A DNA stretch of 64,000 nucleotides, taken from assembly GCF_037042905.1 (NCBI RefSeq), contig NC_087250.1:26786001-26850000 (forward strand). The letters are read 5' to 3'. This DNA is from Lytechinus pictus. Taxonomy: Eukaryota. The notes below the pieces were generated by a model that worked only from the letters and a program-made list of their open reading frames with translations, did no database searches and was not told the origin of the DNA. Positions 38,274 through 51,531 of the stretch are shown here, piece after piece. The first letter of the stretch is position 1. Each line of letters starts with the position of its first letter. The position numbers and the translations under genes were made by a program.

Positions 38274-39409
38274 TAAGTTCCCCCATGTCTGCGCGGTCTC
38301 CCAAGTCTGCGCACCCGCGTATCTGGGCGATTCTAGTAAAAGAGGATACGCAACGAGCACGAACTTTACACATGCAATACATAGACAGGTATTCATAAAA
38401 AAATCCGACTCAAAATGGTGGAAAAATAATGAATTCAGGGAATTTCATGTGACGGCCTCAAAATGCAGCCTTTGTCATCAAAATCCCTGAATCGTGTGCA
38501 AAGTGAATGAGTGCGCAGACATGGGGTACCATTTTTTCTTCAATCTGAAAACGACTGCCCAAAGGTTTTTCAAGAAAATCTTATATTTTCTTTCATTTTT
38601 TAATGAGAAATTTGGTACACTTACTCTTAATAATGTAAGGAATACTATTAACCAAAAGATTTTGTGAAATAAGAAAAAATTCATGATAAATCTTAACTCA
38701 AACTGTTAGGTGCGCAGACTTGGGGCCCACCATCATACGTGATAATAATATAGATACATGGTAATTGCTCAGTTTAATATAATATATACATGTACATCGC
38801 TATATTTGATTTTGATAGTCGATTTAGCTTTGGCATACAAACATGACAATTAAGAGTCTACACATCATTAAATATTCATGTCCGGTACATTAATATGAAT
38901 ATACCGTCATACAGCATGATATATTTACACGTCCGCATGTGTCTGCGTACAAATTATCCTACAGTCAAACCAATCGAGGTGTTTTTTTTTTTCAATATGC
39001 TTCCAGTGCTAATTCATACTATTCAGATTTCATACTTTACAGATTTGATACAATACACGATAATAATTGTTTTTCAATATTAATACATGGTGGTCATATC
39101 AACCATGTATGCACCCTATGGTAACAATAAAGAACTAAAAACAAACAGGAATATTATACACATTCACACCTTATTCACCTATTAAAAGAAAAAGCTAAAA
39201 AAAAAATGTTTCCATACAAATACATTGTGCACAACTTCACCTGATCTACGATATTAGCCTTGTGCTTATTTCTTAAAGGATGATACATTTCTCAATTCCC
39301 TTTTGAGTGATACAAACCGTTCCTTAAGATATTAGATTATATATTTAATATTTTACTACCATAAAAGACAGTGTCCAAGTTTAATGAAAGAGGATCTCAG
39401 CTACATGTC

Positions 39410-40197
39410 TTAACCCAGCCTCCCCCAGAACGAGTCGAAGTCCCGGGGGGGGGGGGGGGGGCCACTTACATTGACGAGTGGATACCATGCGCGACCAAAA
39501 AAACACGTAAAAAGGATGTCTTTTTCACGATAGGGCACGTTACGTACGTAACGTGATAAGGGTGTCAAAAACACAAAAATAATGAAAAAGAGTATCTATT
39601 TCGCGAGGACAATACGTGTTTAGGATCGAATTTGCGGGGATAATAAAACAAAATTAAAATGTTTTATAAAGGATGTCCTTTTTGCCCCAACACTTCGTGT
39701 TTAGAGTCCAATTTGCAAGAGGTGTAGAAAGTGGGGTCGTACTTAACCAAATAAGGTAAAGCCGACGACGAAGGACCCGTAACAATAAAACATTCCTGTA
39801 CTTGTTTAGGGGTTCATTTCAGGGAATATTTGCCAAGGGTATCGTTTTGTTTCCAATACTTGTTAAGGGTAGGGTTTCACACGCCAATACTTGATAAGGG
39901 GTGCATTTTCAGAATATGGGAAATTACGTGTTTAGGGTGCTTTTCGAGACCCATGGTCGCGCATGGTATCCACTCGTGAATGGAAGTGCCCCCCCCCCCC
40001 GGGGTCGAAGTTCCTTAACCTTTTCATTTGGTCGGACACAATGTCCCCAATTAGTCCCGATATGGAGACGTCCCAAGCTGAGAATTCATTCCCGACGAGG
40101 TATTTTTCCCCTGTTGAGTAGGAGGAACGAAGCGTCTCTTTTCTCGCACATTAACTCAGATAACGATGCAACATGTTGATTGCTCTTTCGGTATCGT
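39410..40197 (-). pseudogene. Disrupted exon with a GST C-terminal-domain-like motif
   Basis: After removing two MITEs: acceptor CCCCTTTCTATCTTGCAG| then DTERAINMLHRYLS*CARKE...EKYLVGNEFSAWDVSI...FDSFWGRLG*. Confidence 0.4.
39442..40003. mobile_element. Non-autonomous TIR element with CCCGGGGG termini and 8-bp TSD (superfamily unassigned)
   Basis: ~50-bp TIRs including GAGTGGATACCATGCGCGACC; GTCGAAGT at 39434-39441 and 40004-40011. Confidence 0.85.
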
Positions 40198-40203
40198 CTG
40201 CAA

Positions 40204-40501
40204 CACTAGCGTACCCCCCTGACGAGCCACAACCCATACAAAAGACATATCCCTGCCCCCCCCTGACGAGCTTAAAAGAACTTTTTGCCCCCCTGACGAG
40301 CTTGAAGACATTTATTGCCCCCCCCCCCCCCCTGATGAGCTTGAAGCCCTTTTTTTTTTTTTTTTTTTTTTGCTTGTCAATTTTTTTTCAGTTACGAAAA
40401 CCTGTATTTTTTATTGAAGGCCATTTTTTTTTTTGCTTGTCAATTTTTTTGGCGGCCGATTGTGCCCCCCCCCCCTGTGGAAAATCCTAGGTACGCCACT
40501 G
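40204..40501. mobile_element. hAT-like MITE with 8-bp TSD
   Basis: Ends CACTAGCGTAC / GTACGCCACTG; GTCTGCAA at 40196-40203 and 40502-40509. Confidence 0.75.
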
Positions 40502-40735
40502 GTCTGCAAGATAGAAAGGGGTGTGCAAATATGTCAGAAGGTGAGCATCGCCACTCTGTCTCCACTTTCAATAAAAAGACCCGAGAGTAATATATGTCGT
40601 CTGTAACATCTTATGTTATGCAGGGCCCGATGGTAGAGCAGTTTAACTGAAGTGGCTACCCTAGGTATTATTATTATTATCATTATTACTACTACTACTA
40701 CTACTTCTACTACTACTAGTACTACTACTACTACT

Positions 40736-40771
<36 letters not shown>

Positions 40772-42732
40772 AGGTCGGCCACTCTGATTGATTAACCTAG
40801 ACTAACCGTGGCTAAGACCCCCCCCCCCCCTTAGCCCCACTAATTTTCCGGGGTTATTCATAAAGAAAAGTGCATTGTCAAAAGAATAATAGACACACAT
40901 CCCCACCAGGCACGATTCTAGACTAAAATGTGTTTGGGGCGCTCCATGGGGCTTGAAAAGTAACGTATAGGTCCTTTCAATACATGGAAAATGTTGTATC
41001 GTGGATGGGAGACGAGGTTGGCAGATATCATGGATATTGATGTCTGTCATTATCGGGTTTTTTCACCACACGAAATGTCCTGGAGTGGGTAGTCGCTACT
41101 GACACCCCCCCCCCACACACACACACAAACACACACACTGCACCTGGCAAAGACAAAATAATTTAATACAATCAGATTGTAGGCTCACATATTTCGTTTT
41201 ATTCGTCTCTCAATATTTGAGAATTCAAATTACTTCAAACATAGGCCAACGTCAGAAGTTTATCAAGCCCAACCAACCATGCATTATTGCAGGTACAGTC
41301 CTTCGAATTCCATTCGTGATTAGGTACTCTAATTGTCAATATAAAAAAATATTCACCTCCTCATGCTTGTCATCAGATAGCAGAAGTGCACGAGGCTTTG
41401 AATAACTACCTAAATGCAGTCATTATCAACTGTTGTTTCATAGATATTGGAGATAGAGACAATGCCGTGATACTTTTTGTGATTTTTTTTTTTTTTTTTT
41501 TTTTTGGGGGGGGGGGGTGAGCATGAGTGCCTAACGCAGGATTATCACGCCTATAATATGCGGGACCCGGCATGTCTGTAGCAAGATATTGTGTTTCATT
41601 GGAATTGATTACTAATAATGTGAAAGTTGGGGACATGAATCAAACAACAGCAAAATACAACAGAGAATGAAAAAATGTCAACGTCTTGCAGTCCGTTGCT
41701 TTAGTGAAATTTCGTTTCCCTTTCAATGGGTATGGAAAATAAGATTTCCCTGTTAATACTACAGAAAATAAAACGGGAACAGGATGTAACACATCTACAG
41801 TATCTGTAACATACTAAGATTATATTACATGGAGTGAAATATAAAAAAATAAAAATAAATGGCACAAATTAGAGGATACATTGTATAAAAAAATAGCGTA
41901 TTCGCAAAGCATACATACAATGAAGAATTCATTTTGGTCATAAACATCTAATTGATGACTATTTTAATCATCTAAAATATATTTGTTTGAATTTGAATTC
42001 ACAATGCCTGACTTTGTGCCATTCTATGTGTATACACTAGAGTAAGCTGTCGTCTATGACAATTCTGTAAGGATGGTGATAAGTGTTCTATTAATGAAGT
42101 AGGATATAATTAACATAGATAAATAAAATGCATACAGACTGATCTTATTTCAATTGCATTCATATAAATTCAGCTCTCCCGAAGGTTCTGCTAAAGAACA
42201 GAACAGAAGAAATTATAACTTGAAAAATAAATGATAACATTCTCCACTGCTATTTTTTTTCATATGACGCAGAACACCCCCCCCCCCCCGCCTTCCCAGA
42301 TATGACATTCATAGATAAAAGTGCAGAAATGCTGTAAATCTCCTTATTAACTAAATAAATAAGAGCAGTAGAGGGCAACATTTCACCGACAGTTTTCAAG
42401 CATACAAATCCTTTGGATACAAGCATGGAATAATTATTCAGAAAAGCTTTCATTGCTAGAATATGTTATTAGTATTGTATTGTCCATTTCACCAAGAGCA
42501 ATGTTTGACAGTAGATGGCGCTATTTCCTTTACTATTTGGGTCGGATTAGGCACTTCCATTATGATCAGAGTCCCCATTTCATAATACTTGTTCTAATAA
42601 CAAGTTTGAAATAACAGTTAAAATCTACTGAAATATTTGTTACGGAAATTATGCAATTGTTCTTTTAACAAGTCTTTATGAAACGGGACCCAAGATAATG
42701 AAAACGCTAAAATTCAAATGTTCAACTTATAA

Positions 42733-43425
42733 AGGAAAAATTGACCCTGACGATAAGATGTTAGTAAAAGCAAAAAATAAAAGTAAATTGAATTAAAAGA
42801 TACAATAAAGAAAGAAATATATCGGTGAAGGTTTGAAAAATCCATCAAAAATAGCAGAGATTAGTATTTAAGTTATAAATCTTCTACTGGAAATTTATGA
42901 CAACTGTAAAGTTGAAACTCACAATTACAGGTGGTAGTGAGAATTGTGCTAGTTGTGAGTTTAACCGTATAATGTTCACAAATTACCTGTAAAATATTTA
43001 TAACTGTGGAATATTTCAACCTTAATAGATGAATCATAATGTTCATTAATTTTTTTGACAGAGATCAATCTTAAAAAAATAATAATTTGGGACGTCATAG
43101 GCAAGCAGCTCCCCAATATATCATGTAATATACATTTCATAATTTTTCTTAAACAGAAAATTGATTAGATATTTTCTTTCAGAAGGGGTATGAAATGATG
43201 TGTCTGATGATTTATACATTGCATATTGATAAAATTACTTATGTTTCAGTCATATGGGGTTGCAAGTCTGTGAAGCAAAAAAAATAGAAACTTAAAAAAT
43301 TCCTTATTTTTTTATTCTTCAATGGTTTATCAAATGTTAACCGACATTTTTCTTTATTTTTATTTTATCCATTTCTTTTTCTTTCTTTTGCTGAAACCAA
43401 TTTATTGTCTGGGTCAACTTCCCCT
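42733..43425. mobile_element. Decayed Kolobok-like element
   Basis: AGGAAAAATTGACCC ... GGGTCAACTTCCCCT followed by TTAA; the left flank is ATAA. Confidence 0.5.
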
Positions 43426-44758
43426 TTAAGAAACCAAAAAGAAAAAAAATAGGTAAGCACTTTATCAAACACGCTATGCATTTTCAAATCTTCCCTTATC
43501 TTACATCAAGTCATGTGACAAGACAGGTGACAAGTCATGTGACACAAACCATTGCAATTGATCATAATATTGATTTGTATGCAAGACGGCACAGTATTTT
43601 CAATGCAATCAAGCCAAAAATCAGCTTTGTGTAAAACAACCTATCACATGTGTTTAGTTGACTTTTTTTGTTTTGAATAATATTTTATTGACCTGTGTGG
43701 TGGACATTATATGTCGCCCTCTAGTGTTAAAACTCATAATATATGCAGCAATGAAATTCTAATCACATACATTCAAATTCATGTCTTTATTATTTTACAG
43801 TTTTCAATTGAGACATAACATGAAATCTTCCTTTAGCAATAGCTTTTCACAAAACATGCACTGAGTGGAAGAATTTCTCATGAAATACACCCCTATCATA
43901 TAAAAGTGGTGCTGACCCACTCAAGATATAAACTATGCTATAAATACAATACAGGACCATTCCATTCCAAGCAGGAGGGAAGATCAAGAGCATCTACAAG
44001 AGGAAAAGGTAAATAATTACAAGAGAAATCCTGCCAAACAAATACAAACGGAAATAAGTGAGAAAAAAATGAGAGACACTTCCTGTGAATATGTAACAAG
44101 ACAAACATATTTGTCATTTAATATCATTTTAATACAATACTACGATGACCCATGGAGCATTGCCTTTAAAGGATAGAAAGGAAAAATAATTCCTTTTTCA
44201 TTTGGGGTGGGGGTTGGCTTCTTTTCGCAATCAACTCACAAAACCTGATTTCAAGTCCGGTGTCGGCCTTGGTGTTGAAATTTGGATTGCTTCCCCTAGC
44301 TCCAAAACTTATTCAGAGTTTGTAAAACTGATCTAGATCACATTATTGACACCTCAACAACTAGTGAGTTACTTTTCAGGTCCATCTTCATTTTATGTTT
44401 GGCGTTATAATCGTGCAAAAAGTGACCTAACACCAACACCAAAAGGTCAACACTGAACTTGAAATCACCCATTGGATAAGCTTTAACATTGCAGTCATTT
44501 AAATGACATAGTTTGCATATTTTTAGACAATGACATAAAACAGCACTTAGTAGCTAATAGCTAAAGAAAAATATTAAGTAAAGTCAGGGTTGAATAAATG
44601 ACTCTAATTTAGCATCAAACTTTGGGGACTGTGTCACAAAATTTAGTATCTGATCATAGGTCTGATTTATATGATTGATTACATTTGATTATTATGTAGT
44701 ATCAATCCTAAGAATCAATGTTATGATCATTCACTTAGCTCTGTGAAATGCGCACCAG

Positions 44759-45013
44759 GGTCCCGTCTTACAAAGAGTTGCGATTCATCCGATCAACCTT
44801 TGTATGGAAAGCCATCAATGTCGTAATTTTTCCTACATGAAATTCTCAAAATTTCCTATTGTAAACAGATTGAGGAGCATGTCAAGAAAACCATGAATAT
44901 AAATCATATCTAGAGAATAATTTAAACAAACATGCATTTTAGAAGTTGATGTTGCTGGCTTTCTATAGTTGTGGTTGATCGGATCAATCGCAACTCTTTG
45001 TAAAGACGGGGCA
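44759..45013. mobile_element. ~250-bp MITE with CAG/CTG TSD (Harbinger-like); related copies at 46214-46426 and 47234-47473, fragment at ~49447-49507
   Basis: TIR CCCGTCTTACAAAGAGTTGCGAT...ATCGCAACTCTTTGTAAAGACGGG; CAG on both flanks. Confidence 0.7.
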
Positions 45014-45536
45014 CAGGACTGTCGTCACTTGCTTCCATTTGAAATGAAAAGCAGGTTTCTATATATAATGATATATACATATAATCTTTCCTACATTTGA
45101 AAGCAATACACACATCTACTGCACCAAATTTCATCTGTTTGTTTTTCAATCATATATAAACACACACAAAGCAAGAAAATAAATCTGTCCCAATGATATA
45201 CCCCAGTAGGAAGTATACTCCTCTACGTTTCATGGAAGAATCACATACAACAGTGTGAACAGCCCTATGGCAAATAACTTAAAGTGTTCCCAAGTACAAG
45301 TTTATGCAATGCAAAGCTTGATTTTGTTGATATGCAGCCGCTATAATGTATGCATTTAAAAAAAAATCATTTATTAGATTTACAATTAATATCATTAAAT
45401 GACTTCATTTTATTAGTCAATTAAGTTTCACATTCAACCCAGGTCCATGGCACATAATTATCAAGTTAGGACTAAAATATAATTGTAGCATTCGAGATAC
45501 TTTGTAATAATACCTATTCTGCCCAAGTCCCATATA

Positions 45537-45774
45537 CAGTGAAACCTGCCTATAGTGACCACCTATAAAGGGAAATACAAAATGTGGCATTTATAGCAAG
45601 GTGGCTGCTATAAACAGGTTCTTATACACACAATCTGCCTCCATGGAAGCTGTTTCAGTGGTCACTATAGACAGGAGGCTGCTATAGACAGGTTCTTATA
45701 CACACAATCTCCCTCCATGGGAATCGGTTTCAGTGGTCACTATAGGCAGGTGGGCACTGACACAGGTTTGGCTG
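45537..45774. mobile_element. Tc1/mariner (Tigger-like) MITE
   Basis: TA-CAGTGAAACCTG ... CAGGTTTGGCTG-TA. Confidence 0.55.
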
Positions 45775-47649
45775 TATAAAGACTTCAGAAATGCTACATG
45801 TTTGCGAAATTCAACTTCACCACGTTTGGCATATTCTGATCTGTAAGACTACTTTCACTAAAAACAAATATTTAGCTTATGAAAGGTCCTTTACAAATCA
45901 AGATTCTTATGTATATGAAAATCGCTTTCGTACGTAGGCTTTAAACCATTTTAAGAGGTTTGTTTCAATACTCTACCTAATCCTTGACCAAACTTTTTAT
46001 CAAAATGACCCACGTTCCTTGGAAAATCGTTTCCAAAATAATATTTTGAAAAAAATTGTTGTAGAAAAATAATATCAAGCTTAGAATGATACAAAATGCA
46101 CTTAATACCAACTTTCATAGATAAAAATAATTTTGAAATGGAGCTGAACTCCTCCGACCTATTTTTCATTCAAATTGATTCTGTTTTCTGCAATTACTGG
46201 AGGATGAATCCTGGGCCCGGTCTCACAAAATGTTACGATTGATCCAATCAGTTGTAACTCTATGGAAATCCTTGCATGCCATAACTTTTTCTACAGGAAA
46301 TTTGAACAATGTCCTTTGTCAACAAAGATAATTTTAAAGAAAACAATGAATGCATGAATATACATCATAGAAAATATTTGTGTGGTGATTGATCGGATCA
46401 ATCGCAACTCTTTGTGAGACCGGTCCCTGGACACACTCTGCCATTATGTGTACTTACAGAAATTATACTGCAACGCGAGAGTTATGAAATCGGAATTGTG
46501 AAAACCTGCCAGCATGTTTCTTGTATTATTTAACAACAAAGATTACCATTAGCACCTGACAATCGTGGAGAGAAAAAAAATTACATTACCCAACACGTTG
46601 TGAAATAGGTGTAAAAAGAGACAAGATTTTAATTCAAGCAAATCAAATAACATGTACATTACAGTACAACAATGCATCTGACTGGTCAGGTGATTAAGTC
46701 ACATGACAGCTTCAAATGTCACATGTCAATAGTAGGCTAAAATATATACAAGCATGTGCTTTGAACCAATTGAATGAATATCTATAGCTATATGAATGAA
46801 ACTATTATTCCCTTTTAGCAGTAATCCTACTTTGCCTATTTATAAATCAAGTTTACAAATGCATAGATAACACAAGGGAAATCGGGGGAGCTCTTCATGA
46901 AAGTGCCGGCCAAATGTTTAACCAGAATCGTGCATTTTCCTTCAGAAAGCTTCGATTTCTTTTATAGAAGAGCAGGAATGCAGCATAAAACCACAATGTT
47001 GATATTTTGTTACCATGCAAATATTGTGGCATTGGTTTGTTAAAGAGTGGTGGAATATTATTATCATTCATTTGGGTAGATTTTATGAGACACCATAATT
47101 TAGTTGGAAGGTTGCATTGTGGGTAAACATCCAAGAACTATATAGGGGGTGTTGGAAGAAAATATATGCAATCAATTGCAAATATTCTGCTGCAATTTTG
47201 CAATTAATTAATTGATAGAGTGTAGCAAATCAGCGCCCCGTCTTACAAAGACTTCCGATTGATCCAATCAATTTCAACTATATAGAAATCCATCGATTTC
47301 ATAATTTTTCTTTTGAAAACATAGAGAAGCATACTAAATTGTCAAGAAATCAGAGAACGTATGAATATACATCATATCTATAAAACATTTTGAACAAGCA
47401 TAGATGTTGACATTGCTGGCCTTCCATAGTTGTGGTTGATTGGATCAATTGTAACTCTTTGTAAGACTGGGCCCAGACCAGAATACACTGCTTTGTTTTA
47501 AGAAGCAGATTAGCAATCAATCACAAATTTGCAATTAATTTCAAGACTTATGATTGATTTCCGGACCTAAAATTGCCTTGCAATCGACTTCAAGTTTCTT
47601 GTAACACCCCATGGAGTATTTAGGCCTTCAGCTGGTGCTGTTTAAAGTG

Positions 47650-47894
47650 CACTGCAAACACACCGGTGTTTATTTAACACCAGCCTGGTATCTACATGAA
47701 TATCTTCCACACCAGAGAGGTGTTGAAACAAAACTGGTTTGACGTTAAAGACTAACATCAATTTGGCATTTATGCAATACCAATTGAAGTGTTAAGTGTT
47801 GATTTTTAACTGGTGTTGTTTCAACACCTTTCTGTTGTGGGCCAACATAGATAACGGGCTGGTGCTAAATCAACACCGGTGTGTTTTTGCAGTG
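47650..47894. mobile_element. CACTG-type (EnSpm-like) MITE
   Basis: CACTGCAAACACACCGGTGTT ... AACACCGGTGTGTTTTTGCAGTG. Confidence 0.6.
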
Positions 47895-48864
47895 TAGCTG
47901 TGCCATAACAGCTTGACGAATCCTTGCAACTCTCATAACCAAACACTAGGAATAATCTAATACTGCGAGCAGCAAGACATATTCCTCTTTATTTCTAAAA
48001 AAAAAGAGGAACTGGTATCATCCTATGATGCTACTGATGTAAATATGGACATTTGATTTTAAGATAAAAAAAACATATCAATTTGAGAAAAATATAATGA
48101 AATACAGTAGACATGGCAATTATAAGTGGAGCCAATAACACAAAGCTTAGCAAAGATCGTAGTACATTTCTCTACGACTGATTGCATTGACTACAATGTA
48201 GTCAATGCACAATTAATAGATAATTCAAGCATATGATTACTTGCTAACTTTTGTGCTATGGTCCCCTGATGTTACAAGCATGTCGTCATGGGGTGCATTG
48301 TGCAACTAAAATCAATTTCAAAATAAATCAATTCTGAACATGCTGCACCATGTAAACACGAATGATGCGCGACAAAACGCTCTCTGCTTCAAGTGTAAAC
48401 AGGCCTTTACACACTAAATAATAATTATAAGAGATTTGTACATACAGGTAACAATGTAATGAGCAATTTACACATAACAAAAACTCTGCTGAGAATTTTG
48501 TCTACTTAACCATTTGTACAGTAAGTATAAACAAATCTTTTTTTATTAAAAAAATTGTCTTTATGTATATAAGATTACAAGAAGGTATAGAGTAGTTAGT
48601 CTAGCTTCAATGCAAGAGGATTTATTTATTTATATATCCCTCTCCATATCACTTCCTCTCAATCTCAAATACACATTGAATTCCTTCATATACATCACCA
48701 AGCTAGGGCAGCACAAATTTGAAACCCAAATATATATTATTGGGAAGAGACTTCAAACTTGTTTTTTATTCTAAATCCCCTTGCAGAAGAGCTAGGTTAA
48801 GAAAAGTAGGCAGACATTTTTTTGTTTATTTTTTTTTTGTAATATATATATATGTTTGTGTTCA

Positions 48865-49007
48865 TCATGGTTTACTGTTAGCAGTGAGCCACGTTAGACC
48901 CTCCGATAGGCCCTCGCCTGACGTCGCACAAGCAGGTTGAACGTACCAGTTCCTGTCCCTAATTCTCGTCAAACCTAATCTCTCCTGGACTTCGATGGGT
49001 TTCATTG
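48865..49007 (-). CDS. ARF6: ADP-ribosylation factor 6, coding exon 4 (last)
   Basis: cag|CA ATG...: (A)[46 protein letters not shown]. The four exons total 82+104+199+143 = 528 nt, i.e. 175 aa plus stop. Confidence 0.97.
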
Positions 49008-50339
49008 CTGTGTATTAAAAAGAAAATAAGAGGAACAAGAATAATTATTATGACACAAAAAAAATTGAATGTAATCATTTCTTTATTACAAAGAAAGGCA
49101 GTATACAGATGAACAAAATCAAACAATTAAAAGTAACAAGCAAAACCAGGTCCATGAACCTATACTGGTTCAAGGCAGGTTGAAATGTACATAAAAAGTG
49201 AAATAACAATGACATATAAAAACATTGATTGCAAACAAAAAGTAATCATACAATAGGACTGAATACCGGTAGGTAAATCTGCATTATAACATCAAAAGAA
49301 TCGGCTTTATAATAATACTACTACTACTAATAATAACAATAATATGCAACATTTACATACATGTATCCTGCGCTTTAAATACAATGTTTCTAAGGGCTGT
49401 GAACTATTACTCCAGCTCTAGCACAGCTACTCTTATCAGGCGCTCTAATCGTAACTCTTTGTAGTTGTGATTGATTGGATCAATCGTAACTCTTTGTACG
49501 ACAGGGCCCAGATCTCATGCATTAATCCAATCATGAGTGCATTCTTACCACCACAAGATGATAAAATTACACTTATTATTGAAGGTTAATGCATTTTAAA
49601 TGAGCCTGCTATTTGGAATTAACAAGTTCACTGCTCCATGTTCAACAATGGACTCATTAATAATGTAGCCTTAAAAAGACTTGTAAATTAATAGCAACCT
49701 GAGGCAAAGACATGAATTAATTTTTTTGAAGATTCCCTCATATATTGTACATGCTTAATCACTGTGAAGGTATTATCACTTTATCAGAGCTGCCAAGTTG
49801 TATTTTGTATTTTCAGTATTCTTATCCCCCAAAATCAGTATTTTGACAAAAAAATCAGTATTTTTACCGTGTGAGATAAATATTTTGTATTTTTCCCTAA
49901 AAAAGTGTATTTCATAATAAAATGCTTGGCGCACTCGCCCATCACGGCGCTCAAGCTGCATGCAAGCTAGAATGCGCACTGCTCTTGCAGATGAAAAAAA
50001 AACCCCATTGAAACTTGTATATACATGTATCTCACCCTGGTTTTTACAAAATGATTGAAAAAAAAACAAGTTACCTGAAATTACATTGATCTAATATATA
50101 TTTGTGTACATTTTATGAAATAGAGACATATAGAGATGATTTTTCTCAATAAATTACGATTTTGTATAAAAAAACATATTTTTAAAAGAAAAAACGTACT
50201 GCCATATTTTGGTTGCAAAAACGTACTGGTTGGCAGGTCTGCTGTATCCAAATGTTTTATTCTTCGAAATGAACATGAAATTAAATAATCTTTTTATTGT
50301 TCAAAATAAACATGAAATGAAATACTCCAGAAATTTGCT

Positions 50340-50500
50340 TTGCCCAACTGATCATTGGCCCAGCAGCTGCTGTGCAGAGCCAGGTTGGCTAGGCTCTATC
50401 CCTTTAATACCTGAACGCCAAAGAGGGTAGCAGCAACTCCCATCTTTGAACATCTTTTAGTCTGACATGGCTGGGGTTTGAACTCCCGACCTCACGGTTG
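50340..50500 (-). mobile_element. tRNA-derived SINE fragment
   Basis: Minus strand carries a B-box-like GAGTTCAAACC followed by a SINE-like body (GATGGGAGTTGCTGCTACCC). Confidence 0.45.
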
Positions 50501-50580
50501 TCAACTTTGTGAAAATTAACGTTTTCAAGACGTTCAATTTTTTTGTAAAACTTTTTTTAATATACTGAAAACGTATTTGC

Positions 50581-51350
50581 TGGTTTGACATACGAGGGGA
50601 AAAATCACACAGGGGTTCAGGCCGATTCTTCCCCCGGAATGCTCAGAGGAGCCAGAGAAAACCCCCCATTCACTGCCATGTGAAAGCAGATTTAGGCAGT
50701 ACTGTAGGTTGTGATAACTAGCCCCAGATAATATCAAATCATTTTATTTACGGGGGCAGCTTTTTTATTGGGGGAGGGGTCTTAGCTTCTGAAAGTTCTT
50801 GTCCACTTTAGTTTGAAAATGACCATGTGTGATGGTTTAACATACGAGGGCGAAAATCACAGAGGGGTTCGGGTCGATTCTGCCCCTGTAATACTCAGAA
50901 GAGCCCCTAAAAACACCCATTTAATGCCATGTTAAAGGGCAGCAGAATTAGGCAGTAGGATGTAATAATTAGCCCCAGAAAATAACAAATAATTTTATTT
51001 ACGCAGGGGGGGGGGGGCTTTTTGGGGGGGAGGGTTGGTCTTACCATCTGGAAGGTCTTGTCCACTTTAGTTCGAAAATGACCATGTGTGATGGTTTGAC
51101 ATATGAGGGGGAAAATCACACAGGGGTTTGGACCAAGGAGATGATATAGATCTCCTTTTTTGGACAGATTCTGCCCCTGTAATACTCAGAAGAGCCCCTA
51201 AAAACACCCATTTAATGCCATGTTAAAGGGCAGCAGAATTAGGCAGTAGGATGTGAAAAGTAGCCCCAGAAAATAGGGGGAAAAAATCATTGTTATTTTC
51301 GGGGGCGGTTTTTTTTTGGGGTGTGGTCTTACCATCTGGAAGGTCTTGTT
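50581..51350. repeat. Three ~250-290-bp tandem units that include the end of ARF6 exon 3 and its splice donor
   Basis: Units start at TGGTTTRACATAYGAGGG (~50581, ~50833, ~51092); GGTCTTACCATCTGGAAGGTCTTG occurs at both ~51037 and ~51325. Confidence 0.85.
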
Positions 51351-51531
51351 TATTTGCGAAGATGAGGATTATGGCTTCTTTCATTTCCCTGTCGTTTATT
51401 ATCCGATGAAGTTCTTGCCTTGCTTCGTCTATCCTATCTCTATCGGCACAATCTACTACAAAGATTAACCCTTGAGTTCCCGTGTAATAATGCCTCCATA
51501 AAGGTCGAATTTTGTCTTGACCGCCGACATC
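51333..51531 (-). CDS. ARF6: ARF6 coding exon 3
   Basis: ttgcag|DVGGQDKIRPLWRHYYTGTQGLIFVVDCADRDRIDEARQELHRIINDREMKEAIILIFANKQDLPD G|gtaag. Confidence 0.98.

Noticed and set aside
37027..38490. Cluster of 60-120-aa ORFs
   Set aside because: All are translations of the GC-rich MITE copies on both strands.
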